Shown here: piece after piece, positions 1 to 10,763 of the stretch
How positions within the stretch are numbered: position 1 is the stretch's first letter
Layout: every line of letters starts with the position of its first letter
Position numbers and translations under genes: made by a program
NCBI GenBank assembly: GCA_002104945.1
Contig: MCFH01000007.1
Coordinates: 1,054,001-1,118,000, forward strand
Length of the DNA stretch: 64,000 nucleotides
Direction: 5' to 3'
From: Piromyces finnis finn
Taxonomy: Eukaryota; Fungi; Neocallimastigomycota
Notes under the pieces: model-generated
What the model saw: the letters and a program-made list of their open reading frames with translations, nothing else
Told to the model about the DNA's origin: nothing
Databases searched by the model: none

Positions 1-2734
1 TTTATATTTATCAATATCTTCTTTTAATTTCTTTAACTCTTTGTTTTTTAAGGATTCAATTTTTAAATATAAAGGTTCAAGTGATCTTAATTTTTCTCTC
101 TTTTTTAATTCTTCTTCTACTCTAATTTTTGCCTTTTCAATAGTTTCCGGAATTTTTTGGATAATTTTTTCTAACTAATGTTATTAATGTTATTAATAAA
201 GTAATAAATTATTATTATATTAAAATGAGCTTTAATAAATAAATAAAAAAAAAAATATTGTATATGAATATGGAAAAATATTATATTAATTAATAATAAT
301 TTATTAGTGTTACTCTTTCAATAAATTTATTTTCTTCTGAATTTTCAAATTTCTTTATACATAATGGGCAACAATGGCTTTTCTTTGATTTAGCAATGAA
401 TTTTGTATACATAATTTTAGCACTGGATATATTTGCTAACACACTATGATATTAGATAATCAGCATATATAATTTATATAAGAAAAAATTATTTTTTATA
501 TAATTTGTAATACATAATTTAATATGTAAATAATTGAAAATTATACTCTTGTTTTTCCATTAAAACTTTTTCAGTTTCTTTTAACATTTCTTTTAAATCT
601 TCTTCTCCACAAATCTGTGATATCTTTTCATTACTTTCTATATAATATAATAAAAAAAATTTTGAATTCATATTTCTTTTTTCTTGATTTTCATTATTTT
701 TGTTTAAAATGTTATATTATATTCATTACATTTATATATATTACTTTCTAATTCAGTTAAACTTTTTTGATAAGAAGATTCTGAAATAGATAGTCTTGTT
801 TTAGTTGAAGCTAATTGATTTTTGGTTCTCTCAATATCATCTTTAATATTTTTCTTTTCGTTGCTCAAATTTCTGTTTTATATAATAAAGCAAATAAATA
901 GAGGATGCATTTTAATATACATATATATAACTATTTAATAAACTTCACATAAAATATTAACGTTTTATAATTAGAATTAATGTTTTTAATTTCATTTTCT
1001 TCATAAATTTCATTATATATTTCTTGCATTTTTTTTTTATATTCTTTGATACTAAAAATAAAAATTAAAAAGATAAAATATTAATAAATTTTGTTATAAA
1101 TACAATTTAATAATGCATTAAATATATATATTATGTTTAGGTTACATTTCATTTTTCGAACTTTCTTTTTCTTTTAGTTTCTCTTTTATTAGAGAATATT
1201 GAACCTGTAATTTTGAATTTGCGTGAATTTTTGAAATTTCATCTACAATAGCTCTATAGGATTCTTTAATTTTTTCTGATTCTTTTTCCTTCATTGTAAT
1301 TTGTGCAAGATAATCCATATTATCAAATTGTATTTGTTCTTCTTTCACAACATTTTCCTAATAGAAAAAGTAATAATTTAATATATATTGATTTGAATAA
1401 ATATTATTTATGTATTTTTTTCTCTTATCATAATTTTATATAATTAAGATACCTTTTCTTTAATGGTTTTTATTAAATCATCAATTTCCTGTTTAGAAAT
1501 TTCATTTGATTTTAACTTCATATAATATTCGTCATACTTCAATTTATTTGATGACTATAAATTTTTAATATAAGAATATATATTTATTAAATTTATAACT
1601 GACATTAATTAATATTATTTAAATTTACATATTTAGATTTGTCATTCTTTTGATTTTCCTTGTTAATAAAGAGTTTACTTTTAAAACCATTAATTTTTTC
1701 ATTGATATCATTTTCTTTTTTTCTAGACAATTCCTAACAATTTTTATTAATATTTTTTACATTAATATCTTTAAATTATAATATAATATTATTGAATTAT
1801 AATTCTTTTCTCATCTATTAACTTCGAAACTATGTAAATCTTGATTTAATAAAGCATTTTCGGAATTCATTGCATTAAAGATTTGATTCATTTGTTTCTG
1901 TTGGTCAAGAAATTCATATTTTGTTCTCAAATTATTAATTAAATTATTTCTTTTCTTTTTAATAGTTTCATATGACTGAAAAAAGAAATATAATTAAATA
2001 TATAAGAATAATAAAATTATATTTAAAATAAACTTTTTAATAAAAATACTGAAATATTACCTCTATTTCTGCTTGATAGCGTCCTTTCTTAGTCAACTCA
2101 TTTATTTGTTGAGATTCTAAAAATTTTTGCCTTTTATTTGCAGTATCCAATTGATATTTATAAGTATTATTATTTTGACTTGAATTCTTAATTTCTTCTG
2201 AATATTTTTTAATAAGTTCATTTAATTCGTCGTCTGATTCTTTATATGTATAATATTGTATACGAAATGAAATTTATTAAAAAATAAAAATAAAAAAATT
2301 AATTAAAATAGAATTAGTTAATATTAATGCAATTAAGAAAATTTTTATAAAATAATAAATAATATTCAATAATTGGTAATTACCTGTATAAATTTTTATT
2401 TTTGCTGATAATTCTTCCATATTTTTATCAGCGATATTTTTTTCTAAAGTATTTTGTTTTAATAAATATTGTAATTGACCAATTTCTTGTAACGTTTCTT
2501 CTATACGATCAATTTCCTCACTTACTTCATCAATTTCATTACGTTCCAAATCACTTAGTCTCTCTTTAATATTATTAACTTTGTTTCTCGCTACAATTTG
2601 AGCTGTACGCAACTATAAATAATAATTATTATAATAATAAATAAATAAATAAAAATGTGAAATAAAAATCATATAATACTTTTTTTTTATCTATATTTTT
2701 AATGGTAAATCCTTAATAGTAAATATGTTTATAA

Positions 2735-2766
<32 letters not shown>

Positions 2767-4274
2767 TACACTCTCAGCTTTAAATTTATCTTTTTCTAAA
2801 AAACTAATTTTCTGAGACTCCAATTTAATATTAATTGATTGTTCTTTTCTTATACTTTTGATATTATCAATAACTTTCGTGTATCTAATTGTTTATATAA
2901 TTTTAATAATAAAGTATAGTGTATTGATATAATTATACTTTATTTTTCTTTATTTCATATATTTATAATATATTATATAAGATATCCTACTTGGTGGATG
3001 CAAATATATCATCAAATTTTTTTTTTAATATACTTGGTTCTGATAATGGCCTATAATTAATAAAAAATATATTAAATTTTTTAGCATTTAAAACTGGAGT
3101 TCTATTTACTTTTTTAATGTTTAGAGTTACCAATTTGATTCTTCCTGGTGGCAAAAAATAACATTTTCTAAAATAGCTTTTGAAACTCCAAGTTGAATTG
3201 GAATTTCAGTATCTAATTCTGCACAACGACTACTAATGCTTTTTTGCTATTTAATAAATATAATTAATTAAAGTTATATAGAAAATAAAAGTATTTTATT
3301 AAAATTAGATTTCATTTTAAAAATATATAGCACCAATAACAAAATAATTATCATGTTCTAAATGAAAATATAAATAATTAAATATTTACTTCTCCTGTGA
3401 CTGAATCTTTATACATTAATACACTTTCTAGAGTTTTTTGTGTAATTGAATTTTTTTTTTGAGTGGATTGAATGGAACGTGTAGCTACCAAATGAGTTCC
3501 TGATAAATTAGAAAATTTCAATTTAATTTGTGCTTTAATTTCTGTTTCATTAGCAATCTTTTATTAAATTTTAAGAAAGAGAGAGATAAAAAAAAATTAT
3601 TTTAATATGTCAAAATATCTAGCAGAAGGTTTTTTAATAGTAATTTAAATAGTTTTTGATAATTGGTATATAATATATATATATTTGCTCTTTTTTATTC
3701 TTTTATTTAATAATTCATTACTTTTGGATCATGGATGAATGCACCACCCTTACTATTTGGTGGCAAATCACCTGTAGTTGCATATTTTAAACATTCAATA
3801 ATAGTCTAAATATATTTTGATGAAAACAAAATGAAGAGGAAAGAGAAGAGAATAAAAAAGAGGGATATATATAAAAAAAAAGAAAAAAAAAAAGAAAAAA
3901 CACAAAGTAGGATTAATATAGCAAAATATCAATTACAATTAATAAATTTCATATTATTAACTTATATTTGAAATTTTTATCAAAATTAATTAATTGTTTA
4001 AAACTATATATAAAGTTAAAGTTAATTAAATTTATCTGAAACTCGCATAATTCAATTTATAAATGTTAATAATATATATATATATATATTATTCATAACT
4101 TTTTTTAAATATATATATATATTATAAAAATAAGTTTATTACTGTTTTTCCACTTCCATTCGGTCCAACAATTAAAGTTAAAGGAGTTAAAAAAGATATA
4201 ACATTATCTTCTGAATAAACATCAGGATTAAATGAACGAATACCTCTAATTAATAGCTTTTCAATTTTTGACAT
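1..4274 (-). CDS. RAD50: DNA repair protein RAD50, multi-exon, 3' part beyond window start
   Basis: ATG at 4274. Exon 1 reads [44 protein letters not shown] (Walker A). Later exons give [37 protein letters not shown], long coiled coils (ORFs 1142-1348, 2277-2612) and the zinc-hook HCCPLC near 361-385. Confidence 0.96.
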
Positions 4275-5336
4275 TTTTATCTAATTATAAAATTAAAATT
4301 AAAAATAAAAATAAAATAAAATAAAATAAAATAAAGATTATATAAAATAAAAAAATGAAATAAAAAATAATAGAAATTCTAAAAAAATTAAATTTTTTCA
4401 TTATAATTAAAATAATGGTATAATTATTTTGTTATATTTGTTTTTAATCTAACCCTTATAAATATAGAATTTAAATAATAATAAGCATAACTTCAATAAC
4501 TTCAGATAATTTTAACTAAAGCTTATCCATACTTATATAATTGTGTTGAGTAGTTTCAATATGACAAAAATTTGAAGTTTAAATATTTTTTTATTTACAT
4601 TACGATGATTATTTACTCGATTACAATTTAGGGAATAGTTAAAAAATTAAAATTTTATTTAGGGTATTTATCATTTTATTAATATTTCAATTTTACCTAC
4701 TCAACTTATTTTTAAGAGATAGATATAATCATTAAATTATCAAGTAATAAATAAAATCTAAATAAATAAAAAAAATATAATAATAAAAGTATGTATTGAT
4801 ATATTGATATAGCTAAAAATAAAAATAAGAAATTATGTTCGAAACTCGAATCTACATACTTGTGATATAATTACTAATAGAATATGTATAACAATATTGT
4901 TTCACTACTTATAGAATAGACAGACAATATAGATTTCATTAAATTTCCAAAAATATATTACAATACAACTATTTATATTTATATTATAATTTGTGTTATT
5001 ACTAGTTTGTATTGATGAAAATGGAGCTGATTATATCCTTGTTTTTTTTTTAATTTATGTGCTTAAGACTTTAATATGATACATTGTATTTAAAAATAAA
5101 CTTTAAATTTTATTTTTTAGTTTATAATTAAGATACTTATTTTTTATTCACTTATGTTTAATTAGAAATTAAAAAATAAAATTTGAATATATAATGTATT
5201 TTAATTAAAGTAAAAATGTCATGTCTTTACACTATGTTATTGTATCAATTATTTTTTTTTTTAACTGCAGCAAATATTTTTAAACCTTTAATATTATTTT
5301 AATTAAAATTATAATTTTATTTTTTTTTCGACTAAA

Positions 5337-5445
5337 TAAATAATAAATAATAAATAATAAATAATAAATAATAAATAATAAATAATAAATAATAAATAAT
5401 AAATAATAAATAATAAATAATAAATAATAAATAATAAATAATAAT
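5337..5445. repeat. Heptamer tandem repeat (AAATAAT)n, about 15 units
   Basis: Directly visible. It produces the spurious FIIYYLL-repeat ORF 5309-5491. Confidence 0.9.
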
Positions 5446-5459
5446 AGAACATGAGTATA

Positions 5460-6331
5460 TAAAAACTGAACCTATCAAAAAGTAGCTTCATTGAGCTACT
5501 AATGATAGGGATTGTTATAGTAAGAAAAGCTGCGAGACTCTCTACATATAGAACATGAAACCTGATAAACTATAAAGCTGTTCATTCAAATGTCTTTGTT
5601 CCGCCTTATTGATTTGTAGCTTATCATAAGCTAAAGTTCCATCAAGAAGAAACGTAAAAATATAGTTATAAATAATTTTTCTTACTTCCATTTCAGAGAA
5701 TAAGTAAGCAATGAATTAATTTTTGTATTTATTATGAAAAAGGGTAAAAATATCGTCAAGAAAGTTAAGTGAAGAAGTTCAGTATAAAAAAATGTAGAAC
5801 ATTCAAAAATTCAATGATGAAAAAATTGTTCATCATATCCGTAACATGGACAGACAGGAGAGCAGTAAGGAGTAACTTTATTACTGGCAATAGCGATTCT
5901 GGTAGTTTTTTCATAACCGCAATGAATACGAATAATCCAAGTAATTCCTAAATTTAAGTGAAGTTCGTTGAGACCGATATGCATTTGGCGATTTGAATTA
6001 AGGAAGTTGCTGTTAGTATTTCTGAGGGCTTTACTTCTATTATTTAGACTATTATTATTCCAATAATGTTCTCTAATATCTTTAGTACTTTTAATATTTA
6101 TTTTCATAAGTTTCTTATGTAGTGAACAAGATTCTTTGGCCCAAGAGTAATGAGACATGAGAGGAATAGATCGGACGAGATCTTTAATAATACAATTTGA
6201 TTTTCTCCATTTTACAACAAAGCATTTCACTTGTTGAACAGCACAAATACCTGAAAGTACAGGTTTGCTTTACTGTTTTTTTAATTATTGACATTCTTAG
6301 TTATTGCTTTAAACCTTTTAAGCGTTTACCA
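5460..6331 (-). mobile_element. Degenerate older non-LTR retrotransposon (LINE) C-terminal fragment with stops and frameshifts
   Basis: Minus-strand translation is colinear with the intact ORF 6931-8823. Examples: KPVLSGICAVQQVKCF vs IPPLSAKCALAQVRCF; CPCYGYDEQFFHH*IFECSTF vs CPCCKCGDQSIKHWLLDCPTF; YIFTFLLDG vs KIFKFLLGG; MKLLFDRF vs WSMFKRF. Confidence 0.85.
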
Positions 6332-6585
6332 TTTTTTTTTTTTTTTTTTTTTAACGGCATCAAATATTTTAAACTTTATTATTAATTTAATTAAAATTAT
6401 AATACATGCTATAAAAAATTAAAATTAAAAATAAAAAAAATATGTTTAAATAAACACAAATGAATAAAAATTGGGTATAATGTATTTTAGTAATTTTAAT
6501 TAAAGTAAGAAAGCCACGATTATACTAAAGTATAATAATTGTATTTGACTTCCAATGGGACACAGAGCCAAAGATCAAAATTTTG
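6332..6585 (-). mobile_element. 5'-truncated LINE copy consisting only of the 3'UTR (~233 bp) plus a 21-nt poly(A)
   Basis: 6353-6585 is a near-identical copy of 6691-6930 (scattered substitutions and small indels), preceded on the + strand by T21 (6332-6352). Confidence 0.92.
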
Positions 6586-6651
6586 ACAATTGTTGGTTAA
6601 AATTTTGATATAAGGCATCATTATAGAGAAGTTACTCTGAAATAGTCAAAA

Positions 6652-6655
<4 letters not shown>

Positions 6656-6693
<38 letters not shown>

Positions 6694-8817
6694 GGCATCA
6701 AATATTTTAAACTTTATTATTAATTTAATTAAAATTTTAATACATGTAATATAAAAAATTAAAAATAAAATAAAAATAAAAAAAATATGTTTAAATAAAC
6801 ACAAGTGAATAAAAATTGGGTATAATGTATTCTAGTAATTTTAATTAAAGTAAGAAAGCCACTATCATACTAAAGTATAATAAATGTATTTGACTTCCAA
6901 TGGGACACCGAGCCAAAGATCGAAATTTTGTCATGGAACAAAATTATGATCTCCATTGGTTGCGCTGGCCCTCCTGGCCTGTCTTACTGTTTCTTCAGTA
7001 TTGACGCTCTTGGATGTTGCTTCAAACCTTTTGAACATTGACCATTGCTGGCCAATAGCAAAAGGCATGATTTTGGTTAGAAGTTCCGCGGTTACCGTCA
7101 AGAATGGTGTTCCTTCGTTAGTACCAGAATGAATCTGACGCTTACAAAGTTCTTTCCATTCCCTTGAATTGTAATTAATATTGTTAAAACTTCTTCCCCC
7201 AAGAAGGAATTTAAATATTTTACTGCACACACTAGAATAATCATACACATTAATATTCACCGGATTATTAGAACTATTACTATCATTAACTAAATTACTA
7301 TCTAAATTAGAATTATTATCTTCACTATTGCTATCATTACTAATATTATTATTTCTATTATTGTTATTATTACTATTGTTATTATTACTATTGTTATTAT
7401 TACTATTGTTATTATTACTATTGTTACTATTACTATTGTTATTACTACTATTGTTACTATTACTATTAATGTTATTACTATCTCTACTGATATTATCAAT
7501 TTCATTATTATTGATAGGACTATTGGAATTACGTTGACTGAAAAAATTTAATAGCTGGACTATGGAATCATAATGTTTAATACGGATATCTCTAAATGTT
7601 GGACAATCTAATAACCAATGTTTAATACTTTGATCTCCACACTTGCAACATGGACAGTAGTTAGGAAAAACTGGATCAACAAATTTGGCAGCTTTGGCAA
7701 CTCTAACATCCAACTTGTATCCGCTTCTTGCTTTCAATAGCCAGTAGAAGCCATAGGCAAACTCTGGGTACTCATAACATAATTTAATAAAATCTTTAGT
7801 TTCAATAAATTTATTATCATCATAATATTGCGCTTTGATTGAATTCCCTTTGAGATCTTTCCAATAAAAGTTTTTAACTGCTTTAACATCTCCATGTTTC
7901 TTTAGTTTTTTATCAAGTGTCCTACTTGATTTGCACCACGTGTATTTTCTAAATTTAGGAATGTAATTGACAAGGTGTGAGATAATACAATTTGAGTTTT
8001 TCCATTTGTTAAAACATCTAACCTGAGCTAAAGCACATTTGGCTGACAATGGAGGAATATTCAAATCTTTTGAGATAGAGTATAAAGATATAAACGATAC
8101 AGCTTTATGAACTCCGGCAACCCATCGTAATCCTTTGTTAACATGCTTCTGAGCAATCCTAGACCTAGCTTTGTTGGATCCAAGTAATGGTGCAAAGTAT
8201 GAAACTCTGCTAATCACTTGTGAGTTAAGTACTAGCTTTTTGAAGGGAATAGGAATATTAGGATTTCTTAAGAATTTACTGACTGAAAAAAGTCCTTTCA
8301 AAACCTTGTTATTAAGAGCTTTAATTACTGGTTTAAGGGACAGATTCTTATCAAATGGAACACCAAGATAAGTATAGCAATCAGTAGTTGGAATGGGTTG
8401 TCCTGCTAAGTAAAATGTTGGATCTCTCTTGTTCTGATTTTCTATTGATTCAGGACGAATCACCATCGTTGAACATTTCTGGATACCAAATTCCATTTCA
8501 TTATACAATGCCCATTCATTAACTCTTCTAAGCATCTTTTTTAAGCATCCTCTTGTTGGAGCACAAATAACTATATCATCTGCAAAAAGTCCACCACAGC
8601 ATCGAGTGTCACCTAAACTGACTCCAAGATCTTCGCACTCTTTAAATATATCATTAATAAAGAGATTAAAGAGAATAGACGAAAGTGGGCAACCTTGACG
8701 GACTCCTTTCTTCACATCAAAAGATTTCGAGAATTGTCCATCTAATTTGACATTAGCCTTAGATGTTAAATATATATTTTTGATGAATTGTAAACTCTTA
8801 CCTCGGATTCCTAAACA
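6656..8817 (-). mobile_element. Young 5'-truncated LINE with 35-nt poly(A) and 13-bp target-site duplication
   Basis: T35 at 6656-6690, 3'UTR at 6691-6930, and an uninterrupted RT ORF. AGTCAAAAATGAT is present at both 6644-6656 and 8818-8830. Confidence 0.95.
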
Positions 8818-8823
8818 AGTCAA
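6931..8823 (-). CDS. Non-LTR retrotransposon reverse transcriptase ORF, 5'-truncated (RT C-terminal part, thumb, CCHC-like zinc finger)
   Basis: Motifs KGVRQGCPLSSILFNLFIND, GLFADD, YTYLGVPF and CPCCKCGDQSIKHWLLDC. The called TTG start lies inside the TSD, so it is not a real start. Confidence 0.93.
   Translation of the reverse strand: MTCLGIRGKSLQFIKNIYLTSKANVKLDGQFSKSFDVKKGVRQGCPLSSILFNLFINDIFKECEDLGVSLGDTRCCGGLFADDIVICAPTRGCLKKMLRRVNEWALYNEMEFGIQKCSTMVIRPESIENQNKRDPTFYLAGQPIPTTDCYTYLGVPFDKNLSLKPVIKALNNKVLKGLFSVSKFLRNPNIPIPFKKLVLNSQVISRVSYFAPLLGSNKARSRIAQKHVNKGLRWVAGVHKAVSFISLYSISKDLNIPPLSAKCALAQVRCFNKWKNSNCIISHLVNYIPKFRKYTWCKSSRTLDKKLKKHGDVKAVKNFYWKDLKGNSIKAQYYDDNKFIETKDFIKLCYEYPEFAYGFYWLLKARSGYKLDVRVAKAAKFVDPVFPNYCPCCKCGDQSIKHWLLDCPTFRDIRIKHYDSIVQLLNFFSQRNSNSPINNNEIDNISRDSNNINSNSNNSSNNNSNSNNSNNNNSNNNNSNNNNSNNNNNRNNNISNDSNSEDNNSNLDSNLVNDSNSSNNPVNINVYDYSSVCSKIFKFLLGGRSFNNINYNSREWKELCKRQIHSGTNEGTPFLTVTAELLTKIMPFAIGQQWSMFKRFEATSKSVNTEETVRQARRASATNGDHNFVP
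7260..7530 (-). repeat. In-frame Asn/Ser-rich microsatellite expansion (about 15-nt units encoding NSNNN) inside the LINE ORF
   Basis: Repeated ctattgttattatta-type units on the + strand; the protein reads SNNNNSNNNNSNNNN. Confidence 0.85.
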
Positions 8824-8830
8824 AAATGAT

Positions 8831-8950
8831 GATCCTTCATGAATGCCCTGTTTAATTTGACACTTACAAAGCTCCCTCTATTCCTTTGAAATTTTTTTTT
8901 TTAATGTTCAATTAATGGTGCAAAATATGAAACTCTTCTAATAACCAGTT
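8831..8950 (-). mobile_element. Further remnant of the older LINE on the far side of the young insertion
   Basis: 8945-8910 encodes VIRRVSYFAPLI vs VISRVSYFAPLL in the intact ORF (8909-8942 resembles 8181-8214 at DNA level). After a frameshift in an A-run it reads GIHEGSSF vs GVHKAVSF. Confidence 0.7.
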
Positions 8951-9277
8951 TCCTTGAATTATTTTCTGTATTAAATTTTTTTTTCAAAAGAATAATACAC
9001 ATTTATACTTTAATTACTAACAATTATAAACAACTTCACTTTTAAACTATACAATTATTAAAAGAAATTATTATTTCATCTCTATTTTAATATAATAGTA
9101 TAAATAAATTTAAACTTCATCCTTTAAAAAAAATTTAAATAATCTGAAAAATAACATTTATTACTTCAACCACTTTTATAAACACTATACTTCTATAAAA
9201 TACACATTTTTCAATTTTTTGTTTTATACCGATTTTCTAACATTTCTTTATTTGAACTTATATAATCTACATTATGC

Positions 9278-10216
9278 TTAGTCGAAAAGACCGAAACCCA
9301 TATCACTGTCGGATTCTTCTTCTTCTTCTTCTTCAGCAGCGGCAGCAGCACCAGTTTCTTCAGTGGTGGCGGCAGCAGCACTAGCAGCTTGAAGGGAGGC
9401 AAGAGCTTCTGGGTTGTCAAGAAGTTCCTTAAGTTCCTTAACACTTTCAAGACAGTAGTCAGAAACAAGAGAAATAGCAATAAGGTTCTTGTAACCGTTA
9501 GCTAAACTGTGTGGAACAGAAGCAACAGTTGGGTAGCTGATTTCTAAGGAAAGAGCAGCAATGTTCTTAATACCGTTAACAAGATTTTCAATTAAATCTT
9601 CATCAGTAATATCAAGAACTTCTGGGGTGAAGACATTACCGTTATCGTAAATGTGTTCAACAGTAAGACCGTAAGTGAATGGAGAAATGTTTAACTTGTT
9701 AAGTAAAGTGGCTTCAGATGGACCGACCTTTTCACCGACCTTGACAAGGTGAACTTCGTTAACAATTTCAATAGTACCACGGGAAATCTTAGTTGGAATA
9801 CCAAGAGCTTGGAAGAAAGAAGTTTGACCTGGTTCCATACCGGTGTTACCTGGTGGAACGTAGACATCAACTGGGGCAATAGCACCAGCTCTAGCTGGGG
9901 CTTGGACACGATTGGCCTTAACAGCATCACGGATTTCCTTAAGATCTTCGTTGGTGAAAACGAAACCAATGTTACCCTTAACAATTGGAAGAAGCTTTTC
10001 GAAATCTGGGTGATCAGCAAGAATGTTTCTGATGGCTTTTCTGACCATAGTGTTCTTACCCATAAGAATGACAGCTCTACCACGAAGTTCCTTACGGACT
10101 TGGTGCATTTGGTTAGAACCAACGTTATCAACGTTAACAACGAAGATAGTGTTGTATTCCTTAAGAAGCTTTTCTAACTTAACGAAGTATTCGGCTTTAG
10201 CGTCTCCCTTTGACAT
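9278..10216 (-). CDS. RPP0: 60S acidic ribosomal protein P0 (uL10), intronless
   Basis: [57 protein letters not shown] and the C-terminal [17 protein letters not shown]-ending codon bias is typical of highly expressed genes. Confidence 0.98.
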   Translation of the reverse strand: MSKGDAKAEYFVKLEKLLKEYNTIFVVNVDNVGSNQMHQVRKELRGRAVILMGKNTMVRKAIRNILADHPDFEKLLPIVKGNIGFVFTNEDLKEIRDAVKANRVQAPARAGAIAPVDVYVPPGNTGMEPGQTSFFQALGIPTKISRGTIEIVNEVHLVKVGEKVGPSEATLLNKLNISPFTYGLTVEHIYDNGNVFTPEVLDITDEDLIENLVNGIKNIAALSLEISYPTVASVPHSLANGYKNLIAISLVSDYCLESVKELKELLDNPEALASLQAASAAAATTEETGAAAAAEEEEEEESDSDMGFGLFD

Positions 10217-10763
10217 CTTGGATTAAATTGCAGTGTGCAAGGGGTTTCCTTGTTATTAAATAGGTGTTTTCAAGACTAAAATCTATTAAATATTAATAAT
10301 TAAACATTTTAATATATATAAATTTTCATTAACTCATCCATTAATCACCAAATAATTTATGAAAAAATAAACTTAAAATCATCATATATTTACCGTTATA
10401 AAACGACTATTTTGAGAAGGATTGTTAATGTTCCCAAAAATATTTTTAATTTATAGTTTTTTTATCCAATCATAACTCGAAAAAATCATTAACTTAACAA
10501 TTTATTGGCTGAACAAACATATATATATGTATCATTATCATATATATATGTAAATATATGTATGAAACGTGATAAACTTTAGATATTGAAAATTATAATT
10601 AAAAAATTTTAATTGCGGAGTTTAATTTTTTAATAATATTAATAAATAAAGTTTCCACACATTTAAAAAAATAATTTTAATTATTTTTTTTGAAATTATT
10701 GCTGTTGATATTAAAGAAATATTTTTTAATAAAATATATGCTAATAAAGGAAAAATAAATAAG

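Noticed and set aside
5337-5445. CRISPR-like array (also considered 43436-43581 and 61437-61494)
   Set aside because: The units are directly adjacent with no unique spacers, and the context is eukaryotic with no cas genes.
6897-6990. Hammerhead or HDV-like ribozyme in the structured LINE 3' region
   Set aside because: No CUGAnGA/GAAA core and no convincing nested double-pseudoknot pattern could be identified by eye. It is kept only as a generic stem-loop finding.
7302-7537. Poly-Leu and poly-Ile/Val ORFs (7302-7505, 7328-7537) and the ORF at 5309-5491
   Set aside because: They are alternative-frame translations of microsatellites, not genes.
9278-10216. RPP0 as a LINE-made retrocopy (intronless, about 330 bp from a LINE nest)
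   Set aside because: No poly(A) remnant or TSD is visible, the ORF is intact with optimal codon usage, and it has a normal divergent promoter.
9211-10226. Several long overlapping or antisense ORFs around RPP0
   Set aside because: They are shadow ORFs caused by strong codon bias and higher GC in a highly expressed gene.
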